The notes beneath the pieces are model-generated. The model was not told the origin of the DNA and did no database searches. It saw only the letters and a program-made list of their open reading frames with translations. Of a stretch of DNA of 64,000 bases, positions 52,801 to 64,000 are shown one piece after another. Numbering within the stretch: position 1 is the first letter of the stretch; each line of letters opens with the position of its first letter. The translations under genes were made by a program, and so were the position numbers. This DNA comes from Ruditapes philippinarum (lineage: Eukaryota), in assembly GCF_026571515.1 (NCBI RefSeq), contig NW_026864183.1:62001-126000 (forward strand), in the 5' to 3' direction.

Positions 52801-55800
52801 GAAAATTAAGTAAGATGAGGAACAATTTTTAGAAATTCAAAAAATCAAAATGAAGATGGGGAAAAAACAAATGAATTTGCATGGTAAGTAATGTCAATGA
52901 AGTGATTACTTTTATCATCATTTTACTAAAAGCATAAATATTTTTGACTATACTTTTTGTGAACATTTCATTTAATTTTTTATCAACAATGATATTGTAC
53001 CTAATGAGGGATAAATAAGATACTGGCATATATAGGATGGTTGCTGATGTCAGGTGAATAGTAATTATCCCTGTATCCTGCTCAGGACTTGTAAATTGTA
53101 GTCATTTCAACTGAATTGGGAATTGCTCATAATTTATATAATTGCAATGATTTTCATACCAAAATTATTTGAATTGAGATTAAAAATTGAAATTAGAATT
53201 CAGTATACATCAGACTGTGTGGATGTGCAGTCTTGCATAGCTCTACTGCAGTATACAATTTTGCAACAACCTTTAGAATTGTAACTTGTAACCATTTATA
53301 GTAAACCATTCACTCTTTTTGGATGACATTTATAATTACAAATCTAAAGAATGAAAAGAAAAGACTTGAGTATTTAACCTCGGCATAATACTGGTTGGAG
53401 AAATAACTTTGACTTTTAAAATCTCAGATTCTTAAACTGCCAGTTTTTTTTGTTAAATATGTTAAGTTATTATTAAACCTTCATGCATATTTAAGATTTT
53501 GACCCACCTAAAAATAGTTTTTTGTTTTGGTTTTTTTCAAATATTTTATGATGCGCTTCAAAATTATTTATGAAAATGGGAACTTGTACAGTTTTTTTAA
53601 GGTCCTGAATAAGGTAAACAAAACTAAATGGGCTTTTTACCATATAAATAACAGTAGATAAAGCAAACATTTCATTGTAGAGTCAAATTACAATTAAACA
53701 TGTAGCTTGAAAATCAGCATCAATCATTTATTTTATTTTAATATTTCAAAAGTTTTTACTATTTTTTGTTGATATTTTTTTTTACCATTTTTCAAGACAC
53801 CTTCCCATTTAGTCAAGGCCTGTGTTCAAGACAATGGTAACCGTAAAAAGAATGATTTGATGCAGTTTTTCTTGTAGACAAAAAGTTGTGGTTAACATAA
53901 ATGCATTAAGTAGATAAATCAAATCTCTTTTCCTGGTGTCTTGCATGCCTATACAATTTAATCTGTACCATGTCTTGTGATTACAAGCACCTGTTACTTC
54001 TAATCCCTTTACCTTTCTTGGGAGCCTGCATATTTCAACTTGAGATAATATAGTCAATCTAATTAGACTTGTCAAAGCGACTTGGAAATATTTTTTGGAT
54101 GGCAAGGTCTTTTCTAAAATCCAACCATCAACTGTATTTATCTACATGGACACTGCCTAGTTAGACATTGTTGGTAGCGTTAATTAGCAATGTAAGGAAG
54201 AAATGTCCAACTTCACTTGATACATGTACATGTAGATACAAATACATGTATGTATCTGTTTTTTATAGATATTTTCCAAATATTAAAATTTTTCATTTTT
54301 TGATTACATCTAATATGATTCATAATCTCACTTAATTACTCTCTCAATACAAGTTTGCTATTCAGCCAAAAATTCAAATCGTTTTCAACAATTTTTTTTA
54401 TCCTGAACAGTTCTCTCAATACATAAATAATGTTAGAGAAATTTCTGTATATATTGACAAGTTATTGGAAAAGAACTTCGGCTAAGTTTATTTACTGGTG
54501 CAAAAGTATGACAACATATTTAGTATAATTTACTCATTAGAAACTTTTAATATTTTTGCTTTTCAAAAAAAACCATGCTGCTTTAATTAAATTGTGTCTT
54601 TCCATTATATTGTTAAAGGGTATAAAGCTATTTTTTGTTCTTTTGTAATTAAAATGATTACAGAATATCCATAATTTTCCAATTGTAAACATGACAGTCA
54701 GAAAAAAATAGGCATAAATGTAACAGTTTGACAGTAGGAAAAAACTGTATAGACTTTACATTTTATTAAATGGCTCAAATCGTTCACACATAAGTAATTT
54801 GGCTAGAGATAACACGAAAAAGGTTTGTTTTATATTTCGTATCAAACATCTTTTGTAAAGTCTTTCATCCTTAAGTCTTAAAAAATACCAGAGCAATAGC
54901 AATGGGTATTTTTCATTATGGAAGTGGCTTAAGCCGTACGGGCCCGTACGGCTAGCCAAAAGTTCTAGCCGTACGTGAGTCACGTACGATTAGCCAGGTC
55001 ACACTGTATTGGCTAGCCGTACGGCACTTTTAAAAATTATATGGAAGTCAAAAATGCATATGTTGTTTTATGACTTTATGAGGATTTTAACCAAGAAACA
55101 GCAATTGTCTTCGTATGTTTACTTTTTAAGAGATTAATCGCCTTGTTGGCTACAGTAAAGAAAGTACGAATATATATTTTTGTCATCTCAAGACGTCGAG
55201 AAAAAATAGCTTTAAAATAACATCAATTGAAATAGTTTACAAAATTTTGATAATAATCCTTTTTTGTCTCATTATGTTTAATTTTCAAATTGAAAAAAAA
55301 AACACCGAAAATAATTTTTGTTGGGCTCTGATAATTGCGTCAATTACCGACGGTATAGAAATTTTTCCATCATTAAGGAAAGTTTGCATGTTCCGTGAAA
55401 CGCATTCTAAAATTCTATTGTCAGTCCCTAAGTAGGCTTTATAAAATTAAGGCTAATTAATTGACTGTGCTTTTATGTTCGATATTTATCTACTGTATTT
55501 GAAAAGTATTAAATTATTTTTGCTTTTCGTCGTTTTTTTTCAGTATTCTTTTTATTTATTTCTTTCTTTCCTTCTTTCCCTCCGATCATTATTTATTCGA
55601 TCCATGTGCTTAATTAACAAAAATGATTTAACAATTCATCTTTCATACAAATAAAACAACATATCATATTAGCATGAAAATCATGTACCTTATAACTAAT
55701 AACATGCAACGTTGACACTTTTATCAAAATAGATTATAATTAAAAGGCTTGTTCGTATTCAGTTTTTTACAAAATGGCGGAGCATCTGTATTAAAGTGAA

Positions 55801-56839
55801 TACACTAGGACAAATGCGAGATTGATTAAAATCCTAGTTTAAAGACAAAAAATAACATATACTGGTGCCTCGTATTTCCGTGGTACCCATATTTCCAAGG
55901 TAATAGGTATAAACAGTCTAAAGTACTTCCTAGACTTCTTGAACCTGCCAGTCGTTTAACTTTTACTATTTTATTGTTTTTTTATTGAAATGTGACGTAT
56001 ACAACTGAACAAAAAATATAATTTAATTGAAATTAGGAGCAGAGTAATTTATTTCACCATTTTACTTTTGGATTTCATACCTTTTAAGAAAATCTTCTTT
56101 GTTAAACAACCATTGACATATTTGATAAATGCCAAAGAGAAAATCCCCACTTTCAGATGAGCCTAGGTATAGGTGTACTAAAAAAATAAAAAATACTATT
56201 TATTTTGCTTTTGAAACTGTTAAAATGTAATTGCCTTGGAAATATGAGAACACAATTTTACTCACTAGGCAGCAGATGGGTGTTAATTACAATGTTGTAT
56301 ACATAATTGCTTACATGCAATCATTAAATGGAATAAACTATGATGGAATTGACATGTCTATCCTACAATATTCAATGTGTTTTCCAGAATTTTATTCTTT
56401 TAAATTATGTTGTCTGTGTTAAACAGTTAAGTACCACGGAAATATGAGGCACCATAATATGCATTTTCGACTTCCATATAAGTTTTAAAAGTGCCGTACG
56501 GCTAGCCAATACAGTGTGTCCTGGCTAGTCGTACGTGACTCACGTACGGCTAGAACTTTTGGCTAGCCGTACGGGCCCGTACGGCTAGCCACTTCCTTTC
56601 ATTATAATCTTCTAAATATTACCCCACCCACATATTTTGCATTGTCGAAAATGTAAACATTAGCGATAACTTCGCCGTTTAAGTTTGATTCAAAACAATT
56701 TGATCGTCAATCACATTGACCAGTTATAACAAAGCAATACCTTGCTTGCCGCTCTGTTTTTATCTTCAATTACTTCAAGGAGCGAGGTTCTATGAGCTTC
56801 AATCAGTGAGTCTTCTCTTTCCATACCGGAGACCGCCAT
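40846..56839 (-). CDS. TEX47: Testis-expressed protein 47 (C7orf62) orthologue, 8 coding exons
   Basis: Exons (-): 56839-56741 MAVSGMEREDSLIEAHRTSLLEVIEDKNRAASK; 50782-50710 KNLVHRIVYVGKL..; 49972-~49876 HYDRLLKNLQNNYQHAE-(frameshift)-ITGLLLV; 47361-47257 TSSDMILEVV..KILIVSHD; 46109-45951 VSTRLYQQWNF..; 42377-42314 ..LHEKFPDLLPQQ; 41726-41625 ..PEEYLDMYEKPFDVTLES; 40889-40846 EMVWPLPTKLFPYN*. Colinear with human TEX47 motifs as I recall them (VTGLLL, SHNIPMRLFMQW, PDLL, MYNRPIHITLDSEVVWP). Confidence 0.88.
43960..44215 (-). mobile_element. tRNA-derived SINE, same family as 11898-12157
   Basis: Reverse-complement core 'cagctttactggtggaggaagac..aggtgcccc..tgcatta..gagtagaactacc'. Confidence 0.75.
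44958..45190 (+). mobile_element. HINE/Helentron-like fragment
   Basis: 'aaggggcataactc..agagttatgg..gtgtgaagttt..gtacaatagctc..tattcttcaaattgtcaagctcaaaa' terminal pattern. Confidence 0.5.
46159..46308. mobile_element. Short MITE (~150 bp) with 16-bp TIRs
   Basis: TGCATGGGTGCAAGTT ... AACTTGCACCCATGCA, with internal cctgaaa motifs. Confidence 0.7.
46495..46640 (-). mobile_element. Degenerate SINE copy
   Basis: 'tactgatggaggaagatctcagatgcccct..gaaccaccaacctt..agct' matches the SINE core. Confidence 0.55.
47405..48018. mobile_element. piggyBac-like MITE, copy 3
   Basis: TTAA|CCCATTACTTCAT ... ATGAAGTAATGGG|TTAA (perfect 13-bp TIR); body homologous to 964-1562. Confidence 0.85.
48348..49586 (+). 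mobile_element. HINE/Helentron-like element with ~4 internal 165-200-bp tandem units
   Basis: Head AACAAGAGGGCCCAGAGGGCCCTGGATCGCTCACCTGAG; units 'tgacccctgggg..ccaattttgaccctaggg..atttgaacaaac..atatctaagctcta' at ~48681, 48846, 49017, 49221. Confidence 0.75.
51623..51856 (-). CDS. Probable alternative first coding exon of TEX47
   Basis: ACAATGG start with in-frame TAA two codons upstream; MAEKMSQLEKD..RSPERRRKAKKPQERVWDWPKKSFFEL..KFA|GTGTGA phase-0 donor, compatible with exon 50782; the exact donor is uncertain. Confidence 0.55.
54920..56596. mobile_element. Non-autonomous Mutator(MULE)-like element, ~140-bp TIRs, 9-bp TSD
   Basis: TSD TTTCATTAT at 54911-54919 and 56597-56605; TIR GGAAGTGGCT..AGCCGTACGGGCCCGTACGGCTAGCC..AAAATGCATAT. 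Confidence 0.9.
55863..56454. mobile_element. Nested TIR element inside the MULE-like element
   Basis: TGGTGCCTCGTATTTCCGTGGTAC ... GTACCACGGAAATATGAGGCACCA. Confidence 0.7.
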
Positions 56840-57469
56840 TTTGTAAACCCTTTGTTGCTATAGATACATTTTAATTAATATTTTAATATAAAGAGATTTA
56901 TTCAAGTTTAATACTTTTTCATTTCTTTTATAAATAATTAGTTAACTTTAAAATCAATTTATTAAAAAGATCTTTTTAAATAAAATAAAATAATAAAAAT
57001 CATTGTCATGAGACGCTCTGGAAAAGCGTCTGGTTGATGTTATGATAGTCATATGTGATCATATTTGACATAATTATCATTTATGTCAAAGAAAATTGAC
57101 AGTGTTATGTTTTTATCATAATTATTCAAAGAAATAGGTAAAATCAAGTTTATTTAATTCAATTAGTTTTATAATATCACTCGGAGTTTATTTGGAGACG
57201 TTACTGTATTTTTGGTGGTTATTTTGAGAAGGACTGGGCAAAGTATTACAAAAACACTTTTTCATCACACACAGTAGACTAGTAGATCTAGGTGACACAA
57301 TGTACATTTGCACTTCTGCAGATTCATCTTTCATGACAAAACTCGCTTCATCATATTTCATATGTTGTTGGTGCTGCATTAATAAATTAATTAATTTAAT
57401 TTGATTGCTCAAAATTGACCTGTTTCAGTCATACTCATAGTGACATACGTATGGTGGCTGACCTGTGGC

Positions 57470-57960
57470 ATTCGTGTTTTCGCCCCGCTACCCCACCAAG
57501 CGAAAAGTTGAGAATTAATAAGTTAAAATGACGCGGGGGCGAAAACACGCTAATTAGCAGAGACGGGAGGGGGAAGTTTAATAAATAAATCTTTGTCTCG
57601 CGGGGTCCAGGAGCAAGATTTAAGAAATAAAATGGCAGGAGCACTAATTAGCATTTATTTGCTCTGCTCCCCCACCATATTAACTTGTTAATTCTCAACT
57701 TTTCGCTTGGCGGGGTCATGGGGCGAATACACGCTAATTTAAGCGGGGGCTCAGGGCAAAGTTTTATTTATTAAACTTCGCCCCACATCCAAGCTTATTA
57801 GCATGTATATTTTTATTTATTAAACTACGCCCGTGCCTGGGCTGTTATATATCTTAAATCTTACTCTGCGGTCCCGCGGGGCAAAGTTTAATTTATAATT
57901 CTAAATTTCCCCCTGTGTCCCCGCTAATTAGCATTTTTTTGCTCAGCACCCCGGCCATTC
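57470..57960. repeat. GC-rich foldback/inverted-repeat cluster
   Basis: 57491-57530 'ccccaccaagcgaaaagttgagaattaataagttaa' is inverted at 57676-57715; recurring 'gcggggc..aaagttta..aataaat' / 'gctaattagc' motifs. Confidence 0.65.
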
Positions 57961-60077
57961 TCCCATAAAAATGATTTCAAATAATTTCATTCTGCTTTTT
58001 GGTAAAATAGTGATGAGTTAACCAAAATGGGGACAAATGGACTGGTTTAGGATGATTTGAACAAATATAGGGGACAAGTTGAACTGTTGACCAAAACAAT
58101 GTCAAGTGGGAAAAATTGACCTTAGGACAAGTTGGTCTGACAACTAAACAGTGAAGTTTTTAACCAAATTATTTAGAATCATTCTGTAAAATAGAGTTTA
58201 TGTGAAACAAAGTTTCTAAATCAGTGATCGGGGCCAAATTGTAATAAATGTGATCATATGAGATAAAAAACTACAAAAAACACCTTTTGAAAGTTAATTA
58301 GTAAAAGTCTTCGTTTAAAACAAAAACAAGTAATTCCATCAATTTTTTTATATTAAATGTTCAATTAATAACCTAAATTTGCCAAATATGCAGCAGACAT
58401 GCAGTTGCATACATGTACATGTGAAATCCCAGCGGGATTTAAAAAAGTCCTGATATTTTGATCCTGATCCCGATTCCCTATATTAAACATGAAAATCCTG
58501 ATGTTCGTCTCACTGTAAAAATCAGTTGTCACATGTATGCAGTTAATTTATCATCTTGACTTAGAATTACTTTCCTTTTGTTGATCAAATGATCATGCCG
58601 GAACCATTGAACTTTAGATGAAAGAATAATAAACTAGAAGTAAAGCATGTTATCACAGAGTTATGTTAAAAAAAGTAATAAAAGTCTTTGGTTTTATGCT
58701 TTTATTTTGTAAGATATTTTTTCATTTATCATGTTTATTCCAAACATAGATCTGCCTCAAGTGTTCAAACAACACCTGTAGAATATCATGTTACTCAATC
58801 AATTTTTCATCCCATCTCATCCCCATAATCCCATCCATCTTCCATCCAATTGTACATTGACCAACCTTAAATTACATCCACTTGTTAATCCGCACTAAAG
58901 AAAAGAAATACATGTAGAGGGTCATCTTACTAAGCAGAACAAAAGAGAACAATATTACAATTAAGTTTATTCCAATATTCCAAAACAAAAGAATAAGGGG
59001 CCAATTGCATTCTTTTAAACAAAAGAAAGCAATAAAAGAAATGGTTGCATATTTCATTCAATCAATGTTTGTGCTGTTATTAGTGAAACATGTATCTGAA
59101 TTGCATCAGAATATTTGTGTTCAACAGTTACCATAATAAATCACAGTTTTAAGCATGAGTCTTAAGTCATGTACTATTTAGAAGTCCATGGGTCAATGGT
59201 TGTCAACCACAGTCAGATACACTAGCTTCCATTGTTCAATATTTCAATGGCGCAAGCCAACAACCTTCAATAGACTGCATTTATTCTCTTACATGGATAT
59301 TTAATATTGATGCCATAATGCATTTTCTTCGTGTTGCACCAGATTTGAATTTGGTTTTAGTGCTTTTGATTGTCCCTAACCCCCACTTATCCAAAAAGCA
59401 GTTTTTATAGAATTTTTTGCTACCAGTTAAGATAGAAATAACAGTCAAAATAGCATGTTGAGCATGTATAGATGACTTTTTCACATTACATGTACATGTA
59501 CATTAATCATGTGTTCAAAAGTAGACAAAACAATCATGTGTTCAAGAGTAGACAAAACATTTTTTTTTTTTTTTCAACAAATTATTTTATCCTAAACAGT
59601 TCTGTTACTATTGTATGAGAAATTTCTGTATTCATGACAAGTAATTGAAAAATAACTTTGGCTAAGATTAATTACTAGTTCAGATATTTTTCTCATTAAA
59701 AATATTAATATTTGTGCTTTAAAAAAGTATAAAATAAACAAATGTTTGGAGACAGTGGAAGTGTGCTGCTTTAACTAATGTGACTTTCCTGAGCATTATA
59801 TTTTTTATTGTTAAAGTGTATAAAGCTATTTTTGGTTTCTTTTGTGATTAAAATGATTATAAATATGGAATATCTAGAATGAAAGAAATTTATTAAAAGG
59901 TAGCGGACATGCGTGAAATAATTGACAAACCTACTAAAAATAGCCAACGTTTAATTATTTTTATACACTTAAGGTTATTTAATTTTAAATTATTACAATT
60001 TTTACTTTTAATTTATCAAAGAATTAATGGTATATTTTATTTATTTTTTGTGTGTTTTTTAGGTTAGTGTATAAAGA

Positions 60078-61256
60078 ATGGAAAACACAAACTTGATCAG
60101 ATTTGTACCAGAAGGATGTGAAAATGATGTTGTCAAACAAAAGAAGCAAGTAAACAAGGAAAGTCTTACTGGGGAGGAAGCCAAGTCGTTCTATGAAGAT
60201 TTGATCAAAGATGATATTGAATCAGAACAGACTAGAAAAAGGAACAGGAAAGGAAAAAGAAATTCCAAAGAAAAAAGCAAAGATGGAATGAAAATTAACT
60301 TAAAGAAGAAACATACAATTACATTGTGTGATACATATAATGCATTAGAACAGAGGAAAGTAACCAAAGAAATTGTTGAGATAAAACAAGAACTTGATGA
60401 GCCAAGTTTTGGCATTGACAGTTTTGATAGTGGTGTTGAAAGACTGTATGAAAAGAGAAAGGTTAATCACTCTGAAGTTAATAAAAGTATTCAAATGCAT
60501 ATGCTTAAGTGTGCTCAAAATGGTGATTTGCCTGGACTGAAGAAGTTGTTCAAGAATGAAAAGGATTTAGATGTTGATTTTCAAGATGGATATGGATGGA
60601 CTGCACTTATGTGTGCAGCAGTTTCTAGGCATATAGAAGTGATAAAGTTTCTTATTTCTGTGGGTGCAAACAAATATATTTTGAATAATGAAGAAAAGAC
60701 GGTTTTAGAAATATGTGAAGAAGTTGGTGCAATAGATGCTAAAATTGTAATAAATACTTTCACTGGACGCTCAGATGAAAAACCTGCAGTGAATAAGAAT
60801 GTAACCTTTTTCTGTGATGTATGTAAAAGTGAGTTTCGTGAATGTACAAAAATAAAGCATGAAACTTCCACTGTTCATCTGTTCAGTCTCAGATTGAAAC
60901 CTAAACCAGATCAATTTTCTATACCAGAAAGCAATCGTGGCTTTCAGCTGATGAGAAAGTCTGGCTGGGATGGATGTAAAGGGCTTGGACCTGAAGGTCA
61001 GGGTACTAAATATCCAGTGAAAACTACTCTTAAAAGAGACAGATTATGTTTAGGTTCTGAAGTGAAAGAAAAAGCAAAAGTTACACATTTTGGACCTAAA
61101 GATTTAGAAGCAGTGAAAACAGTTCATAAACATTCACAGAGAGTTATGTCAGCTAGAACTGTAGCCAAAAGAGAAAGAATAAGAAGAGAGAAAAGAGACA
61201 AACAATGGGAGAGAAATTTAAGAACTTACATGAACATTGATAGCCCATATTTGTAA
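60078..61256 (+). CDS. GPANK1: G-patch domain and ankyrin repeat-containing protein 1
   Basis: 392-aa ORF with ankyrin repeats (DGYGWTALMCAAVSRHIEVIKFLISVGA), CxxC..H..H finger (FCDVCK..HETSTVHLF), G-patch (SNRGFQLMRKSGWDGCKGLGPEGQG..P); splice acceptor at 60061-60062 just upstream; AATAAA at ~61417. Confidence 0.95.
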   Translation: MENTNLIRFVPEGCENDVVKQKKQVNKESLTGEEAKSFYEDLIKDDIESEQTRKRNRKGKRNSKEKSKDGMKINLKKKHTITLCDTYNALEQRKVTKEIVEIKQELDEPSFGIDSFDSGVERLYEKRKVNHSEVNKSIQMHMLKCAQNGDLPGLKKLFKNEKDLDVDFQDGYGWTALMCAAVSRHIEVIKFLISVGANKYILNNEEKTVLEICEEVGAIDAKIVINTFTGRSDEKPAVNKNVTFFCDVCKSEFRECTKIKHETSTVHLFSLRLKPKPDQFSIPESNRGFQLMRKSGWDGCKGLGPEGQGTKYPVKTTLKRDRLCLGSEVKEKAKVTHFGPKDLEAVKTVHKHSQRVMSARTVAKRERIRREKRDKQWERNLRTYMNIDSPYL

Positions 61257-61542
61257 TATGCATGCATTATGCATATATGCATATTGTAAAAACATGCTCT
61301 GTGATACAAACAAAAGTTTTAAGACTGTCCTGCATTGTATGGCAATAGTCTTGTTTTAATACTTATTCCTACATTTTATTTTAAATATTAGGTAGTAATA
61401 TTTTAAAAAGTGCTCTAATAAAGGTCAGTCTCTGGATATCAGCATCAGTTTAATATTACCCCATTCACGAAAAGGTTAATTTATATCGTTTAATAAATAA
61501 ATCCTTATTTAGTACCAGTCCAGTAATGTACATGTATATATA

Positions 61543-62295
61543 AATGTATAACTCCGGTTATAACGAACTCAATGGAACATTAAAATATCGTTCGCTATAT
61601 CCGAAGTTCGCTAAAAGCGAAGTAGCAGCAACTTGCTGACTTGTTTGGATGGGGAAATTTGCCGTGAAAAAGCCATACTCTTCACTGGTTACCGATGTAA
61701 CCGTATTTACTTCAGCGGTTATTTAATGCGGGGCATTTTATTGGGCAATATATCATGTACATGGTACAAGTATTTATTCATGTATTTACTGTCTATAAAG
61801 TTCTTACCATTTGTTTTCTTTTTTTATTATCGTTTGGTTAATATTGCAAACAAAAAAAAATCGATTATTTGGCAATTATCGGGTATTTACAGCAATCAAC
61901 CGAGGGTGTGAAATACAAATTTTCCGTAACAAGTAGGAAATTATATTGTGAGAACATTTTATCAAAATCTTTATTCCCTGAAGCCATAACTAACTTGTGC
62001 AATCATTCGATTGTTTAATTATCGGATAGCGTTATTCATGTACTGATCCTAATCGAGCGCATCCCGATATTTCAAGTATAACAGTTTGTTATAACCGAGG
62101 AAATTAAAATGATTTCCGTCATTTGGGGCTTGAAAAAATGGTTCGTTATAGCCGAAAATTCGTTATAAGCGAGTACGTATTAAGCGATGTGATTAAATAT
62201 AGAATAAAGAAGGAATCGGCCGGGGATGTCAGATTTAGTTCGCTATTAACGATAATTCGTTATAAGCGAGTTCGTTATAAGTGGAGTTATACATT
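61543..62295. mobile_element. pogo/Tigger-like MITE
   Basis: TIRs AATGTATAACTCCGGTTATAACGAACTC ... GAGTTCGTTATAAGTGGAGTTATACATT, with subterminal TTCGTTATA repeats. Confidence 0.75.
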
Positions 62296-63099
62296 CATAT
62301 ATACATGTACTGTAACAAGCTCGTGTCAATGTTTTCTGACTAAATTCATCTTCATTTTCTGATTAAATTATTAATTATTAAAATGTCCTTTAGTAAGATC
62401 TTGTTATCATCATTTCATTGTTGTTTATTAAACATCTATAGTGATATATAGCCGAAAAAAAATCAGTTTGTTACATTGTATGCTGTAGTTAAGGAAGACA
62501 ACAGAAACCTTGGTTTAAAGGGGTCTTAAATCTAACATTTATAGACATCTTGCGAGACTTTATTGGAGGATATATTGTGTGATTTTACTATAATGTCGAT
62601 GGACACACCAAATCCTTTGCCAACTCTCCCTGGCACCAGCATTGAATTTGTTCACCTTGTCATAAAGGTCGTTAAAACTTGTAAAGTTTGAGCTCTATCG
62701 ACGTCCGCTCCTAAATTAACTTAAATTGGATGTTTAGGCTAATTCATTCCATTTCACATCCAAATAATAAGATTCCAATGATTTTTCTAATAGCTACCTG
62801 CCTGCTACAGCTTATTTTTGACAAAATTCAGTTGCAACGCAGCTGTGCCGCTTTTGCAATTCCATGAAAACGATCTTAAAGACGCGCTAAATGTTATTGC
62901 TGCTAAATGTTAGCAATACCTTATATCCGCGTCCATGACAAAGTGATCATTATTCACTGTAATTAGTTCTTAATGTTTGCGATAAATTGAATATTATATA
63001 TAGTCGTGTAGATTCGATTAACACGCCTATGCGACGGGGGCCGCTTGAGACCATTTCCATTTGGTTAGGGCTTTGTGCCTGATTGTGAAGTAAAGAAGA

Positions 63100-63930
63100 A
63101 CCTTCAAATTGAAACAAGGGCTAATCCGCATCTGAATCAGACAAATGATGTTTTAACGGTTGCCTCCGAATAATGGTCTTTTTACAAAATACATACACTA
63201 TATACAGAAAGAAGAAAATCGGCAATAGCTTGCGGACTTTTATAAAATTGACGGAAAAAAAGAACATCTTTACTAAAATCAAAGATTAATTTGCAGCTGA
63301 ATCTGATCAAGTGTGTTTGAACGTTTGGCACCAACAAATGGTGAGAGACGAATATTCTTAAATAAGAACAAATCGCCTATCAAAAAATCAACTATATCAC
63401 GCGTTACTCTTGAGGCCCTTTTACTTAGGTCTTTGTGCCGTTATTTTGCTGCAAAGGAGAACCTCCAAACTAATGCAAGGGCAAATTTTGCAAAAGAATC
63501 AGACAAATGGTCTTTTAAACGGTGCATGACTGCAATCTTGTAATAACATGCTTTAACGCGCGCGTTTTTGTCACACACCACCTTATCAAATTTTCATGAA
63601 ATTGTACGTAAGACCACTCTTTCGTGCCTATTTGAAATAATATACACAACAGTTTCAGAATGGTTGAGTCTCTCCGAAAATGCTTACGAAAATTTCCATC
63701 GATCTAATAGTATACAGAAAGAACAAATCACCGAACCTTAAAACCACCAGGCAATGAGGGCCTCTAGAGGCTATTTCCTTTGAGCCAAAGCTTACATTTA
63801 CATACATACTTACATTTCTGTAAAGAAGAGTCTCCAAACTGAAACAAGGGCTTATCCGCAACGGAATCAGACAAATGATGTTTTAACGTTTGGCTCAAGA
63901 AAATGGTGTATTTTACGAATATACAAAGAA
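63100..63930. repeat. Diverged internal direct repeats (probable TE remnant)
   Basis: 63100-63195 ~ 63830-63925 ('tgaaacaagggct.atccgca..gaatcagacaaatgatgttttaacg'), with partial units at ~63300 and ~63495. Confidence 0.6.
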
Positions 63931-64000
63931 CAAATCACCGATAAAAAACATTAACATCAACAACAAAAAAAACAAATAGAAAAATGACAATGACTTGCGG

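Noticed and set aside
60191-60871. Antisense ORFs within GPANK1
   Set aside because: Shadow frames of the real coding strand
62516-63000. Possible coding exon or Kolobok end
   Set aside because: No matching TIR within the window and no recognisable peptide

Overview
AT-rich, intron-rich animal genomic DNA. The repeat families suggest a bivalve mollusc (inference). Three things dominate. (1) At 5.4-38 kb (+) is a tandem array of four paralogous multi-exon genes that the ORF track mostly misses. Each encodes an N-terminal signal-anchor/transmembrane helix, a coiled-coil stalk built from a variable number of symmetric phase-2 exons, and a C-terminal domain resembling the MIEAP/SPATA18 C-terminal domain. 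Copies A and B are intact. Copy C has lost the head exons and carries an internally amplified 63-bp coiled-coil repeat. Copy D is intact until a probably mis-called stretch in its last exon. (2) At 40.8-56.8 kb (-) is a TEX47 (C7orf62) orthologue with a textbook U12-type AT-AC intron and a probable second, alternative first coding exon. (3) At 60.1-61.3 kb (+) is GPANK1, in one coding exon and head-to-head with TEX47. The rest is dense with transposon relics: a full-length decayed mariner, piggyBac-, Kolobok-, MULE- and pogo-like MITEs, Helentron-type elements with internal tandem repeats, and tRNA-derived SINEs. All exon models were read by eye; no database searches were run.
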